Source: Mobula hypostoma
Lineage: Eukaryota
DNA length: 64,000 nt
Assembly (NCBI RefSeq): GCF_963921235.1
Contig: NC_086097.1
Coordinates: forward strand, 233,122,001-233,186,000
Direction: 5' to 3'
Under the pieces are notes generated by a model. It saw only the letters and a list, made by a program, of their open reading frames with translations, ran no database searches and had not been told where the DNA came from. The position numbers and the translations under genes were made by a program. This document shows positions 1-12,799 of the stretch, piece after piece (within the stretch, counting starts at the first letter, position 1; each line of letters opens with the position of its first letter).

Positions 1-315
1 CATTTAACCTGACTACTCCCATCGACCTGCACCAAGGCCATAGACCTCCATACTCCTGGTCCGTGTGCAGGTCAGTGGGACTAGGCAGAAAATGGTTCGA
101 CACAGCCAAGAAGGGCCAAAGGGCCTGTTTCTGTGCTGTAGTTTCTATGGTACCTATTCAAACTTCCCTTAAACATTGAAATCGAGCTCGGATGCATCAC
201 CTGTGCTGACAGCTCATTCTACACTCTCATAACCCTCTGAGTGAAGAAGTTTCCCCTCATGTTCCCCTTACACTTCTCACTTTTCACCCTTAACCCATGA
301 CCTCTGGTTGTAATC
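1..315 (-). mobile_element. CR1 LINE 3' fragment (minus), interrupted by a short plus-strand CR1 tail at ~58-150
   Basis: Matches the reverse of CR1 3' ends elsewhere in the window; the nested piece ends in gggcctgtttctgtgctgtagtttctatg. Confidence 0.7.
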
Positions 316-424
316 TATGCACTCTGCACCATTAGGCACAGGCCTCCAGTCAGTCAGGCTTCTTCTGGTCAAGATGGCACAAATGCAGACACAGCTAAGA
401 GTTAAGTTGTACTACGGAGGCAAA

Positions 425-2724
425 ATTCAAAAGGGCGAAGAATGAGGGACTGAAGGTGCTGTAATTAAATGCCCACAGCATTCAGAGGGAGAAGCATAAG
501 TCACATGTATGAGTATCGTAAGGGAATAAAGGGAATTACAGAGGTATGAGAAAGGAGCTTGCCCACGTGGATTGGAGGAAGATACTGATGGGAGTGACAG
601 CAGAACAGATGTGGCTGAAGTTTCTGGGAATAGTTCATAAAGCCCAGGACAGATATGTCCCACAAAGTAAGAAGTTCTCAAATGGCAGAGGTAGGTAACT
701 GTGGCTGACAAAGGAAGTTAATTACTGCATTAAAGCCAAGGATAGGGCGTATAATGTATGAAAAGTAAGTGGGAAGTTGGATAATTAGGAAACTTTTAAA
801 AATCCTACAAAAGGCAACAAAAACGCTATAAGAGGGGAAAAGATGAAATATGAGGGCAAACGAGCCAGTAATAGAAATCTGGACAATAAAAGATTTTTCA
901 GTTATATAAAGAGTAAAAAGGAGGTGAGAGTTGATATGGGACCACTGGAAAATGATGCTGGTGAGGTAGTAATGGAGGACAAATAAAAGGCAGATGAATT
1001 TAATGGATATTTTGCATCTGTTTTCACTGAGGATGACACTAGCAGTGTGCCAGAGGTCTGTGAATGTCAGGGAGCAGGACTGAGTACCATTGCTATTACA
1101 AAGGAAAGAGTGAAAGGCAGACTCAAAGGTCTTAAGGTGGATAGTCACCTAGGCCAGATGGACTACATCCCAGAGTCCTGAGAGAAGTTGCTGAAGAGAT
1201 ACGGATGCATTGGTTATGATCTTTCAAGAATTACTTGATTCTGGCATGGTTCCACAGGACTGGAAGATTGCAAATATCACTCCACTCTTTAAGAAGGGAG
1301 GAAGGCAAAAGAAAGGAAATTATAGACCAGTTAGCCTAACTTCAGTAGTTGGGAAAGTGTTGGAGTCCGTTATTAATGATAAGGTTTTGAAGTACAGTCC
1401 TTGGATACTAATGATAAAATAAGTCAAAGTCAGATGGTTTCTGTCTAGGGAAATCTTGTCTGACAAATCTGTTAGAGTTCTTCGAGGAAGTAGCAAGCAG
1501 CAGGGTGGACAAAGGAGAGATAGTGGATGTCATTTACTTGGATTTTCAGAAAGCATTTGGTTAGGTGCCACACATGAGGTTGCTTAACAAGATTAAATCC
1601 TATGGCATTACAGGAAAGATACTGGCATTGATAGCGGAATGGCTGATAGGCCAGAGGCAGCGAGTGGGAATAAAGGGGCCTTTTCTGGTTGGCTGCTGGT
1701 GATTAGTGATGTTCCTTAGGGGTCAGTATTGGGAACATTAACTTTTCACATTGTTTGTCAATAATTAAGATAATGGAATTGATGGCTTTGTGGCAAAGTT
1801 TGCAGATGGTGTGAAGATAGTGGAGGGGTAGGTAGTGCTGAGGAATCAATGCGATTGCAGCAGGACTTAGACAAATTGGAAGAATGGGCAAAAAAGTGGC
1901 AGATAGAATACAGTGTTGGGAAATGTATGACAATGCACTGTGGTAAAAGAAACAATAGTGCAGACTATTATCTAATTGGGGAGAAGGTTCAGACATCAGA
2001 GGTGCAGAGAGACTTAGGAGCCCTCGTGCAAGAGTGCCAGAAAGTTAATTTACAGGTTGAGTCTGTGGAAAAGAAGGCAAATGCAATGTTGACGTTTATT
2101 TCAAGGGAAATAGAATATAAAAAGCAAGGAGATAATGCTAAGCCTTTATATGTCACCAGTCAGGCTGCACTTGGAATATTGTCAACAGTTATGGACCCCA
2201 AATTTCAGAAAGATTGCATTGTCATTGAAAAGAGTCCAGAGGAGGTTCACGAAAATGATTCTGGGAATGAAGGGATTAACATATGAGGAGCATTTGGTAG
2301 CTTTGGGCCTGTACTCACTGGAACTTAGAAGAATGCGTTGGGATCTCATTTAAACCTACTGGATAAAGAAAGGATCAGATAGGGTGGATGTGCGGAAGAT
2401 GTTTCTTCTGGTGGGGGTATCCAGAAATAGAGGGCACAGCCTCAAAATTGAGGGTGACTCTTTAGAACAGAGGTAAGGAAGATTTTTTTTAGTTAGAGGG
2501 TAGTAAATCTGTGGAATGCTCTGCCACAAACTGCAGTGAAGACCAAGTCCGTGGGTATATTTAAAGCTGAAGTTGGTAGTTTCCTGACCGGGCAGGGCAT
2601 CAAAGAATACAGCAAGAAGGCAGGTGTATGGGGTTGAGTGGGATCCGGGATCAGCCATGATGAAATGGCAGAGGAGACTCAATGGACTGATTGGTCTAAT
2701 TCTGCTCCTTTGTCTTATGGTCTT
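425..2724 (+). mobile_element. Degenerate CR1 LINE ORF2 (linker, RT, 3' UTR)
   Basis: ORF pieces DWKIANITPLFKKG..NYRPVSLTSVVGK, LQQDLDKLEEWA and HLEYC..ERVQRRFT-like; ends in CR1 tail ctccttTGTCTTATGGTCTT; many stops and frameshifts. Confidence 0.92.
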
Positions 2725-3596
2725 TTGGTGCCAACGTACAATGTTCCCTCTGTCAACATCTTCTAGATAGCCCACAAAAAATCTATTTTACTTCTTTTAC
2801 ATCTGTTTTACATCTTAAATGTGTTTCTGGAACTGTTAGAGCTTGTGATTTTCAGTCTGGAGATTGATTGAATGATCCAGCTCTTCGTTGTCTTCAAAAA
2901 GATTCTGGGAGGCGAGCTCATACTTGGATGTCTTTGATGTGAAGAAACTTCGAGATGTTCAACTCCATTTCACTGATTAAAGTGTCCATTAATTGCTGGT
3001 GAAAGCATCGAGGAAGGGTGAAACCCTGAGGCAATTGTGGAAGATGAGTGAGTATTCAACACTAACTGGCTTCCTTTTGATCGCTGTCGGAGAAGGAATT
3101 TATGAGTGGACTGTTGCTGTGTCACTCACTGTGACAGGTGAGTAGGCCTTTGCCTCGTGTAGTGTCCTTCTCTGTTGATGATGAAAGAAGATATTACTGT
3201 GGTTCTGCAGTATGGATTGGACTATTGCATTTATTGACTGTGGACTGTTTCGGACTTATGGTTTTTATATTTTGTACTTTTCGCATGTTTCTTTCCATTT
3301 TGTTGTGCAAGAGGAGGGATTTGGGAGTTGATGTTCTTGTTACATTCTGTTAGTTTTTTTGTGTGGGGGGAGTGAGGTTTTGGGGTCAATGTTCTTCTTC
3401 CAATTTTGGAAGGGGACAAGGGTTTAGGAGTTGATGATCGAGATGTCATTTTTTTGCGCGGGGGTTTGTGTTTAATTCTCTCTGAATAACTTCCATGTTC
3501 TCTCTCTGTTTCATGGTTATGTGGTGAAGAAGAATCTCAGAGTTGTATATGGATACATACTTTGATAATAAGTGAACCTTTGAACCACTGAACCTT
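2725..3596 (+). mobile_element. Non-coding element with a Rex/Babar-type 3' tail
   Basis: Ends in gaatctcagagttgtatatggatacatactttgataataagtgaacctttgaac, like the tail of the Rex ORF2 copy at 53805-55040; no RT in the body. Confidence 0.6.
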
Positions 3597-4295
3597 TGTA
3601 CTACCACTCTCTGGCTAATCCGGCAAATCCAATATGTATTCCAATTTACTATCTCATCCAGAGTGCTGAGGGACTGAAACTTCTTGACTAACCTCTCCTG
3701 CGGGAATATCTCAAAGGCCTTACTAAAGTCCATGTCAACAACATCCACTGACTTGCCTTCATCCACTTTCCTACCAATTCCTCAAAAGACTCTATAAGAT
3801 TACTTAGACATGACCTACTATGCACAAATCATTTTGACCATCCTCAATCAGTCCACGTCTATCCAAATACTTATATAACCAGTCTCCTAGAATATCTTCC
3901 AATAACTTTCACACAAATGATGTCGGACTCACAGGCCTGTAATTTGCTGGTTTCTGTTTAGAACATTTTTTCTAAACAGTGGAACGACATTGGCTATCCT
4001 CAAGAGCTGCAACATTACTTTGTGACTCTTGAACTGAACCCCTTGACTAATGATGCAAATACCCATGTGACTTCACTGCAACCCTATCAACTTCCACAGC
4101 AGCTTTGAGAGATCTGCGGATGAGGACACCAAGATTCCTCTGCTCTTCCTCACTGCCAAGAATCCTGTCATTAACCCTGTATTCTGCCTTCAAATTCAAC
4201 CTTCAAAAATTAATCACTTCACACTTTTCTGGGTTGAACTCCACCTGCCACTTCCCAGCCCAGCTCTGTATCCTGTAAATGTTCCACTGGAACCT
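3597..4295 (-). mobile_element. CR1 RT fragment
   Basis: MDEGKSVDVVDMDFSKAF in ORF 3446..3766, plus further RT-like sequence. Confidence 0.8.
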
Positions 4296-4329
4296 ACAAC
4301 GACCCTGGGCGTGAACTGGTAGAAAATTC

Positions 4330-4672
4330 AAGAATATTGAAAGACCTAAATTGAGTGGACATGCAGAGGATTAGTGGAGGATCTAAGACCAGAGGGCACA
4401 TCCTCAGAATAGGGCTATGTCTCTTTACAACAGAGATGAGTAGGTATTTCTTTAGCCAGGGTGAATCTATGAAATTCATTGGCACAGATGGCTGTGGAGG
4501 CCAAGTAATTGGGTATATTTAAAGCAGAGATACTTGATTAGCAAGGACTTCAAAGATTGTGGGGAGAAGGCAGGAGAATGGGGTTGAGAAGGAAGCTAAA
4601 TCAGCTATAATGGGATGGCATGCTCAATATGGCAACTGGCCTAGTTCTGTTCCTATGTCATATGCATGGTCT
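4330..4672 (+). mobile_element. CR1 3' fragment
   Basis: Similar to 2370-2724, including the tail. Confidence 0.8.
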
Positions 4673-5061
4673 AAAATAAACATAGCTTTGTTAATACATG
4701 CAAAATAATGGTGGTTGTGAATTTCAGAATAAGGTCTGCAATTTAACTTGCATTGTGTGTTTTTATAAGAATGGCTGAGGATGTAATCAACAGGAAGTTA
4801 GAGTACAATTATATGAGAAGTTTGAAAACCATCAGAATTAATTTAAATTAATGAAGCCATACAGTTTGATATATTTAGAATGGATCCGAAAAATAACTGA
4901 AGGAATAGGCAAAGAAGATTCACCTCTTTGGCTTTTTAGAAAATGTTGATTGAAGTGTAACAATAAAGTGAATAGTTTAGCTCATAGGGGAGCTGCAGAG
5001 CAGACTCGATAGGCCTAATGGCCTAGTTCTGCTCCTTTGTCTTGTCTTGTGTAGGAGGTGG

Positions 5062-5655
5062 TGAGGTGAAGTGAAGTGAGGCCTTCATTGGTCAGAGTTG
5101 ACTATGGATATTGTGTCCCAGCTGACTAGATATGCAAGCCTGGGCAGTACGAGATGGAGGGCAAGCTGTTGCCCATGTCGCAAGCGCCGCTTCACCACGT
5201 GTCGGATGAACTCAAAGGAACGGCAGAGACTGATACAGTTTGGAACCAGCAGCATTGCAGGAGTTGTCAGTCAGCATTGAACTCAATGTAAGACTGCCTT
5301 AGGGACTTCAGTTCCAGATTTTACCCTCAGGTTTTACAGCCAAAGCCTTCCCCATGAGTAGGTATAGCCACAAGGTGGCAGAGGTTTGAAATTAGAGTTT
5401 TCTTTCGCCTAGATGAGCTGCCAACCACGGCTGATGAGCCCCATGTGCCCAAAGTGACTGGTTTTAAGGTGCCAGCAACCAGCCTTTGCCCCTTCTCCAG
5501 TCAGTAGAAATGGATCCACTGAGCTGAAGAGCTAAGCCACATGTGAAGGCCAGGAACTGGACTTGGTTGTCTGAGGCGCACGCCATTGGGAGCGTTTAGT
5601 AGGTACAGAGAGCTTGTCCCCATTATCACTCCCGGCTGCAGCAAACTTGAGGAAG
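5062..5655 (-). mobile_element. Short non-autonomous retroposon, probably RTE-related
   Basis: Bounded by a short tandem (gtgaa)n at the left; 5230-5600 is clearly homologous to 51050-51430. Confidence 0.55.
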
Positions 5656-7379
5656 CAAGTGTAGGAGCTGCAGAGTGCATATCTTGAATTCTGTTGATGA
5701 GACATCTGCAAACAACGACGAAGGTGGTAAATGGATTCAGAAAGATATACGCATAGTAAGAGAAAACAAATATCAATAGAATTTATTTTGGAGGAATCTG
5801 ACTGAAAATATTTGTAGGAAAGAAGTACGAATTGAGGCTCAATGCCAAGATGCATAAGCAAATGAGGAAAGAGAGAGCAGAAGATTTGTTGAAAGACCAA
5901 GCGCTGCTTCTTAACTTTTGAAAGTCAATGTAGACAGATAAAGGAGCCAGATGTTTTATAAATAGAAGCAACCGAGTACACAATGAAAGGGGCTATGACG
6001 AACTTGTGGGTAATCATGGTTCTGTGAAGCTTTATGGATCCTATAAGATCATAAAGATCATAATCTTGGTGTCCATATATCCCATTTTATTCAAGGCTCT
6101 ATAATCCAGGGACAGGATGACATTTTACCAATAAGTTAAGAAATAAGCAAAAGGAAATTACTCACTTAAAACAACAAACTCTTTCCTTGTTTATTTACAA
6201 CAGAATAGTAAATTGCTCAAGAAGGTCATGGATGATTTTAGTACAAATATCTTAGGCCATTTTGAATATGTAATTGAGCTGCCCTGCTCTCTTCAGGGAA
6301 CTCTGCTAATTCATTCCTCTTCACCTCTTAGTAGCTTACCTTGTATCAGGTCTTCTTTCCTTGCTTGCTCCTGTGAGAGTTCAACCACTCTTTGCGCTCC
6401 CTCAGCAATTAGTTAACACTTGATTTTTCAGCTTTTTGAAGGGAGGCATCTCTCTTTCAGCAAGTTCCTTATAGCCTTCCCTGACAATGACTCCATCCTC
6501 CACTCATTCAGAAGATGAGGCAGGCTGAAGATGCTGAGTGAGGACACCATTCTGATAGGCTTCCTCATCTTGCACTCTTCTTCTCCTGCTGTCACTCAGA
6601 CCCTGAGATTGGTGCCAGTGTGGAATGGTAGATGCTGGTTCAAGTGTAACATTTATGAGAAGTTGGGATAGGTGCATGGATGAGAGGGATTATGGAGGGA
6701 TATGGTCCATGTCCAGCAACCTAGGATACCACCTTTCTTTGAGTTCAAAGTAACTGAAACATTTTCTTCCTGGATACTCTGCCTGGATGACATCTGAGAA
6801 GCTATGACAGAAATTAGAAATATTGTAGGAAGTGGCCATTCACCCCTTAAACCACCTCTCCTGTTCAAGATAATTATGGATGATCCTTTACCTTAATTCT
6901 ACAATCTCACTTTCTGCCTGTGTCTTGTGAATGTCCTGTTTCCTGAAATTGTGAACCCTGGTTCCAGATCCCCCAGTCAAGAGAAACATCCTCCTTGCCA
7001 CCATTTTGTTGAACCTGACTATGAGATCTCTGCTCAGTCTTCTAACAAGCTTAGATAACTGGATCTATTTCTAAATCACTCCTGTCTTCCATGGAAAAGT
7101 CCCATCACCAGCTAGATCTCTCAATGGTAGCAGAATGACTTTCAAGTAGTAAGGAATCAACCAACAAACACGATCAGACTTTAGTTCTACTGAACATGTC
7201 CAATGAATGACACAGTTCAATTTATGACTTCAAGGGCAGAAGTGGGCATTTTATAAATAATGACATCATATGAGATGTGTTTGCACCTAGAAAAAGTTAG
7301 GCACCCTAACAGAGATCACTCACAGAAGTCTAGTTCTGCAGTTAGAAGATGGAACGTAGTAGATCCTTTGGTCATGACT

Positions 7380-7865
7380 TTGTGCTGACCTTTTAACCTA
7401 CTGTACTTTAAGATCAATCTAACCCCTTCCTCCCACTTAGCCGTCCATTTTTCTTTCATCCATGTGCCTGTCTAAGATTCTCTTAAATCTTCCTAATCTG
7501 CCTCCACCTCACCCCAGCAGCATGTTCCACACACCCACCACTCTCTGTGTAAGAAACCTACTGGTAGCTCTGAAATCCCCTCTATACTTTCTTCCTGTCA
7601 CCTTAAAATAATGACTCTCCTATTAGTCATTTCTGTTCTGGGATAAAGTCTCTGGCTGTCCACTCTGTCTATGCTTCTTATAATCTTAAATGTCTCTATC
7701 TAGTCATTTCTCACCATCTTTCTCTCCAAGTGAAAAGTCTTTGCTCACTCAACCAATCTTCATAAGAAATGCTCTCTAATACAGGTAGTATCATTGTAAA
7801 TCTTCTCTGCACCCTCTCTAAAGCCTCAAAATCCTTCCTATAATGGGACAAGCAACTGAACACAA
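7380..7865 (-). mobile_element. CR1 3' fragment
   Basis: HYRKDFEALERVQRRFT in ORF 7711..7902. Confidence 0.8.
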
Positions 7866-8254
7866 TCTGTGTGATTTCACCCCGAACAGTTCCACTACAC
7901 AATCTACTTGGGCTAGCAGTGACTCATGTATGAACAGTGCCTACGATCCCAGGACGATATAATCCAATTTCAAAGCAGGATCTGACTGACTTTGTTTTAA
8001 GTATCATTACTGAAGATGGTTGAAGATGACTAATTTTATAGGGTATATTGAGGAATTATTGTTTAAAGATTTTGTGGGCATAATTAAGCATTTCAGTTTT
8101 TGATCTGTGAGTTATAGAGGAGAATAGAGTTATAGCTGGAGAATAGAGGTTGTCCATCATATCTGATGATGACAGGAAACTTATGTGGGAGATTTTTTTA
8201 AAGTGGAGAAACCATTGCACTGGGACAGTTCCACTCTCAGCCTCAGAAATCCAG

Positions 8255-8668
8255 GTCCAGTGATACAAACAAACATCACAAATTGGGGTCTTCCTTGGTT
8301 GCAGTAGATGACTATGATGGCTTCTCTGCCTTGTCTTGCCTTTCGCTCTCCATGGAACTTTGTAGTACTGCCTTCTGAGTTGTTGGATCTCACCGTTGGT
8401 CTCATCCGCCTAGTCCGCCAGAGCTGACTTCGCATGGTTATGTCTCTGTCTCACTGGGGTACGAGGCCACTGGCTACCCTTACCTGGTTTAGCCCACCTG
8501 TCAAAGTGATGTACTGGGGTGTGGCCGCTGTCGCATGCAAACATCTTCTTGGAGCAACAGGTGAGAGCTGAGTGTCTGGTGGGGGGGACCAAAGGTGAGT
8601 GAGCTGCCCCAGAATGGACACGACAAGCCCCTTCACTATAGGTGCAGCCCTTCCCTGGACACCGCATA
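8255..8668 (-). mobile_element. Diverged relative of the RTE-type retroposon at 52528-53091, with a degenerate HDV-like ribozyme
   Basis: Shares ggggtgtggccgctgtcgcatgcaaaca..caggtgagagctgagtg..ggggaccaaaggtg with 52937-53016. Confidence 0.8.
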
Positions 8669-8853
8669 GGGAATATGGAACAATTAATCAGGATTTGCTA
8701 CAATTTCTCCACTCTCTTTTGACTTTATTTACTAGAATCCCAAGAAGTCTTTTATTAATTCTCTGTGCAAGTTAAGGTGGATGCTGCTGCTGCTGATTCT
8801 TAAATTTGCTGCAATAAATATAAGCTTAATAGTGAAATGAAGCCATAATATAT

Positions 8854-9752
8854 TGTTACGTACCCCGTAACTGGGTTGCCAAACCAGCAGAAATGGACCA
8901 CTCAGTTGGAGTCTGGATTACTGGAACTAAGAAAGTTTTATTAAAGAAATAAGCAACACAGTACTCTAATAGTAAGGATATAAATGCAACAGGTTAGCAA
9001 TGAATAAACACACATGTACACAGAACTAGGATAATAGGGTCAATCAGCACTATTGCAGTCTAGGGGTAAAATGTTCAATCACAAGTGACAGAGTTCAGTT
9101 TAGTTCAGTTCGCAGTAATGGCTGTTGTGCCGCTGGCGAGAGAGAGAGAGAGAGAGCGAATGCTGATATTCAAATCGGATTCAAGAGACCTTTGATATTC
9201 CTTGCAGTTAGCTTTCGGGCGAGCCCTTTGTAATGTCTTCTGAGGTCACCGACTGTGACCCCTCCGTTCCGGATACGATCGTTCTTCTGCAGTGAACCCG
9301 GCACCCAGGCAAGGGTGGACACACACACCAGGTTCCCGCCAACCGAATCTTTCCACCCTGTGCATCTATGGCTGGTCCCGCCATCAGTCCTCCAAAAACT
9401 CCCACCGACTTGTGGGGGCACACCGCTTCCAGGGTCTCGTTACCTCGTGGTGTCGTGTGTGTTGTCTTAGCGAACCTGCCCCTTTTTATCCCCCTGCTGG
9501 GGTATCGCCTGTCCATCACACTTCAAACAGTTCAGGGTTCAAAAGGAGCTGGTCTTGACAATACTCAGACCGGTGTCTCCTTCCGTTAAACTCTCTCGTC
9601 TCTTCATTAACATTTCCAAATGCTGCTCCATTGTCTTACTTATCTCTCTCTCCTGAAGACAGGTGGCAGATCAACTGTTGATCCCACTGGTGCTAGCACA
9701 GGACAGTTAACATCTTAGTCTATGTGTACTTTTGTAACTCTCTTTCGTCACA
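8854..9752 (-). mobile_element. Solo LTR (899 bp)
   Basis: TGTTACG...CGTCACA termini; 4-bp TSD ATAT (8850-8853 and 9753-9756); minus-strand GATAAAAAG and AATAAA suggest the orientation. Confidence 0.85.
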
Positions 9753-10099
9753 ATATAAAGAAAGTTTCTCAGTGAGGCACTTATTAGTCATATGAAAATT
9801 GTTGTCGCAAGTTAGTGTTCCCAAAATGATTTAAAGGGGTAATTCCATTACATTTTATATGAAATGTGTTGATCATACCTAGCAACATTGTACTGTGTAA
9901 GAAGATGGCTAACTGTTTCTGTTCATTTATTAGATGGATGTTTAATCCTTAAGAACACAGTTGTTATTGCTGCAGAGGTAGAGTTTATAGAACAATAGTT
10001 AGGCACTGTACCAATTGCTGGTGTCTGCACACAAGTGTAAGCCTGTGTTAAGTATCTTCTAGTGTTCCATTCGTGGGGTAATAGTCAAGCAAATTGTAA

Positions 10100-10490
10100 T
10101 CTGTAAAGGGTTGTACACTCACCCAGCTCCATCATAGGCACAAGTCACCCCATCCTCGAGGACATCTTCAAATATCGGTGCCTCAGGAAGGTGGCATCAC
10201 TCTTTAAGGAGCCTCACCTTTCAGGACATGCCCTCTTCTCAATACTACCATCAGGGATGAGGTACATGAGCCTGAAGATTTTAGAAACAGCTTTTCCCCC
10301 TCCATGATTAAATCCCTGAACAGTCCATGAACCCATGAACAATACCTCACTCTTCTTCTTTGCGATATTTATTGCTTTAAAATGTTTTGTAACTTATAAT
10401 TTTTTAAATGTTTTTCACTGTATTGCTGCCAGAAAACAACAAATTTTATGACATACAGAATGCCAGTGATAATAAAGCTGATCCTGGTAT
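10100..10490 (+). mobile_element. Rex/Babar LINE 3' fragment
   Basis: Homologous to 31490-31875 and 58170-58580; ends in gataataaagctgat. Confidence 0.75.
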
Positions 10491-10809
10491 GCTTTCCCTG
10501 CCTATTTTAATCAGCAATTGAATCATGGACCGCCTATTGCTCGATAATACTGAGAGTTAAACTGCTGTCTGGTTCACTTGCAAAAAACTAGATGTTCATT
10601 GCAGAAGGAATTGTATCTATCAGTCTTCTAGCATTTTATTTAGCTGAGTATTCCCAGCATGAATATGTAAAGGCTGCCGGTGGTAACCACATGTAGCCAT
10701 AGCACTGTTCCGGCCATTACAGCTAACATTATGATCACAGCTACCTTGAAGTAAGCACACCTTAGGAAACTAATGGCTAATGTTCATCTCCTTTTAAATA
10801 CATTGCTAG

Positions 10810-11135
10810 CTCCTTGAGACATGGTAGCACCTCTATTTTCTTAGAAGTTTGCAAAGATTCAGCATGTCTGCTAAAACTTTGACAAACTTCTATAGATGAG
10901 CGGTGGAGAGTATATTGACTGGTTGCATTGCAGCCTGGTATGGAAACACCAAAGCCCTTGAATGGAAAACCATTGAAACTGTAGTGGGTACAATACAGTA
11001 TATCACAGGTAAAGCCCTCCCCACTGCTGAGCACAAGGAGCACTGTGGCTGGAAAGCAGCATCAAAGACCCCACCATCCAGGCCAGGCTCTCTGCTCGCT
11101 GCGGCCATTGGAAAGAAAGTATAAGAGCCTAAGGT
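10810..11135 (+). mobile_element. Rex/Babar ORF C-terminal fragment
   Basis: ESILTGCIAAWYGN in ORF 10903..11124. Confidence 0.8.
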
Positions 11136-11254
11136 CCTACTGATAGGGATGTGCGCAGAGGGAGAGACACTGAAGGGGATTGAAAAGTCATCTAATTTTA
11201 ATATGAACAGTATAGAACAAAAGGAAACATCAACAAAGATGTTAACCAAAACTT

Positions 11255-11269
11255 TCCTCTTTCAATATT

Positions 11270-11326
<57 letters not shown>

Positions 11327-11740
11327 GAATACAGAGTACAGGAAAAAATATGTCAATACATTAAGCTAAATTGCATATAAAGACTCCTTACCCTATATTC
11401 GTACAAGTCAATTAGTTTGTAACATTGAAAAATAATAATTTTATTATATTAAAAACAAATCTAACCCACTATCAAGACCAAAGCTGATTAGTAGAAAAAA
11501 AAGAAAAGATATTGTTAGTCATCATCTGCGCTTTAGCAAACAAATCAAAGGTTTTTAAGATAATTCGGAAAAGGTCCCCACAATGTTTGAAAGTCTTGAT
11601 TAGATTCAAAGATTGAACATCGAACCTTCTCTAAACTTAAACATGACATCACATAACCATTGAGTGTGGATAGGAGGGGCCACATCTTTCCATTTAAGCA
11701 AAAGTGTCCTTCTGGCCAAAAGAGACATAAAAGCAACTGA
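11255..11740 (-). mobile_element. L1/Tx1-like ORF2 C-terminus and 3' UTR, containing a (TA)n tract at ~11277-11320
   Basis: VMSCLSLEKVRCSIF..FQTLWGPF..Y resembles fish L1 ORF2 ends; AATAAA at the 3' end. Confidence 0.6.
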
Positions 11741-11794
11741 AACTTTCAAATTAAAGCTAACATCGACACTGCAGCTTGGAAGCAGTAACTTAAT

Positions 11795-12230
11795 AAGACC
11801 ATAAGATATAGGAGCAAAATTAGGCCATTTGGCCCATCAAGACTGCTTCACCATTTCAACATGGCTGATCCAATTTTCCTCTCAGTTCCAGTCTCCTGTT
11901 TTCTCCCCGTATCCCTTCATGCCTTGACCAATCAAGAATCTATCAACCTCTGCCTTAAATATACATAAACACTTGGCCTCCACAGCTGCTTGTGACAAAG
12001 AATTCCACAGATTCACCACTCTCTGGCTAAAGAAATTCCTCCTCATCTCCATTTTAAAAGGATGCCTTTCCATTCTGAGGCAGTGTCCTCTGGTTCCAGA
12101 CTCATCCACCATAGGAAACATCTTCTCCACATCCACTCTATCAAGGCCTTTCAATGAGGTCAGGCATCATTCTTCTGAATTCTGGTGAATACAGGTCCAA
12201 CGCTCTTCAAGTGATAAGACATTCATGCTA
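11795..12230 (-). mobile_element. CR1 3' fragment
   Basis: MKGLDRVDVEKMFP..RRNFFSQRVVNLWNSL; tail ataagaccataaga on plus. Confidence 0.88.
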
Positions 12231-12249
12231 AATTAATTCCACTCCTTTA

Positions 12250-12690
12250 CAAAGTTTAAAGTAAATTTTATTATCAAAGTACGTATACAATGTATACAAA
12301 GTACATATACAGAGGTGTATGTCACCATATACAACCAAGAGATTCATTTCTTGTGGGCATACTCAATAAATCTATAGAATAATAACTATAACAGAATCAA
12401 TGCATGACCACCCAACCAGGGCATTCAACCAGAGTGCAGAAGGCAACATACTATGCAACTACAGAAAGAAGAAATAATAATAAATAAATAAGCAACAAAT
12501 CCTGATAATATGAGATGAAGAATCCTTGAAAGTGAATCTATTGTTTGTGGGATCATTTCCGTGATGTAGCAGGTGAAATTGTCCCCTTTGGTTCAACAGC
12601 CTGATGGTTGAGGGGTAATAACTGTTCCTGAACCCATTGGTGTGAGTCCTGAGGCTCTTGTACCTTCATCCGGATGGCAGTAGCATGAAA
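12250..12690 (-). mobile_element. Rex/Babar 3' end
   Basis: Homologous to 53805-54220. Confidence 0.75.
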
Positions 12691-12799
12691 TTACAGCATC
12701 AATCTAAACTGTAATCAGGGAGCGTAGCTTTGGTCAAGACTTGACAAGACTGAAATAAGAGGAAGAGAGTTAAATACAACCACTATGAAACACTAATTG

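Noticed and set aside
6200..6610. Possible host exon (acceptor-like tttacaacag on plus; donor-like AAG/gtaagc on minus at ~6340)
   Set aside because: No recognisable protein similarity, and I could not establish a clean open frame between splice sites.
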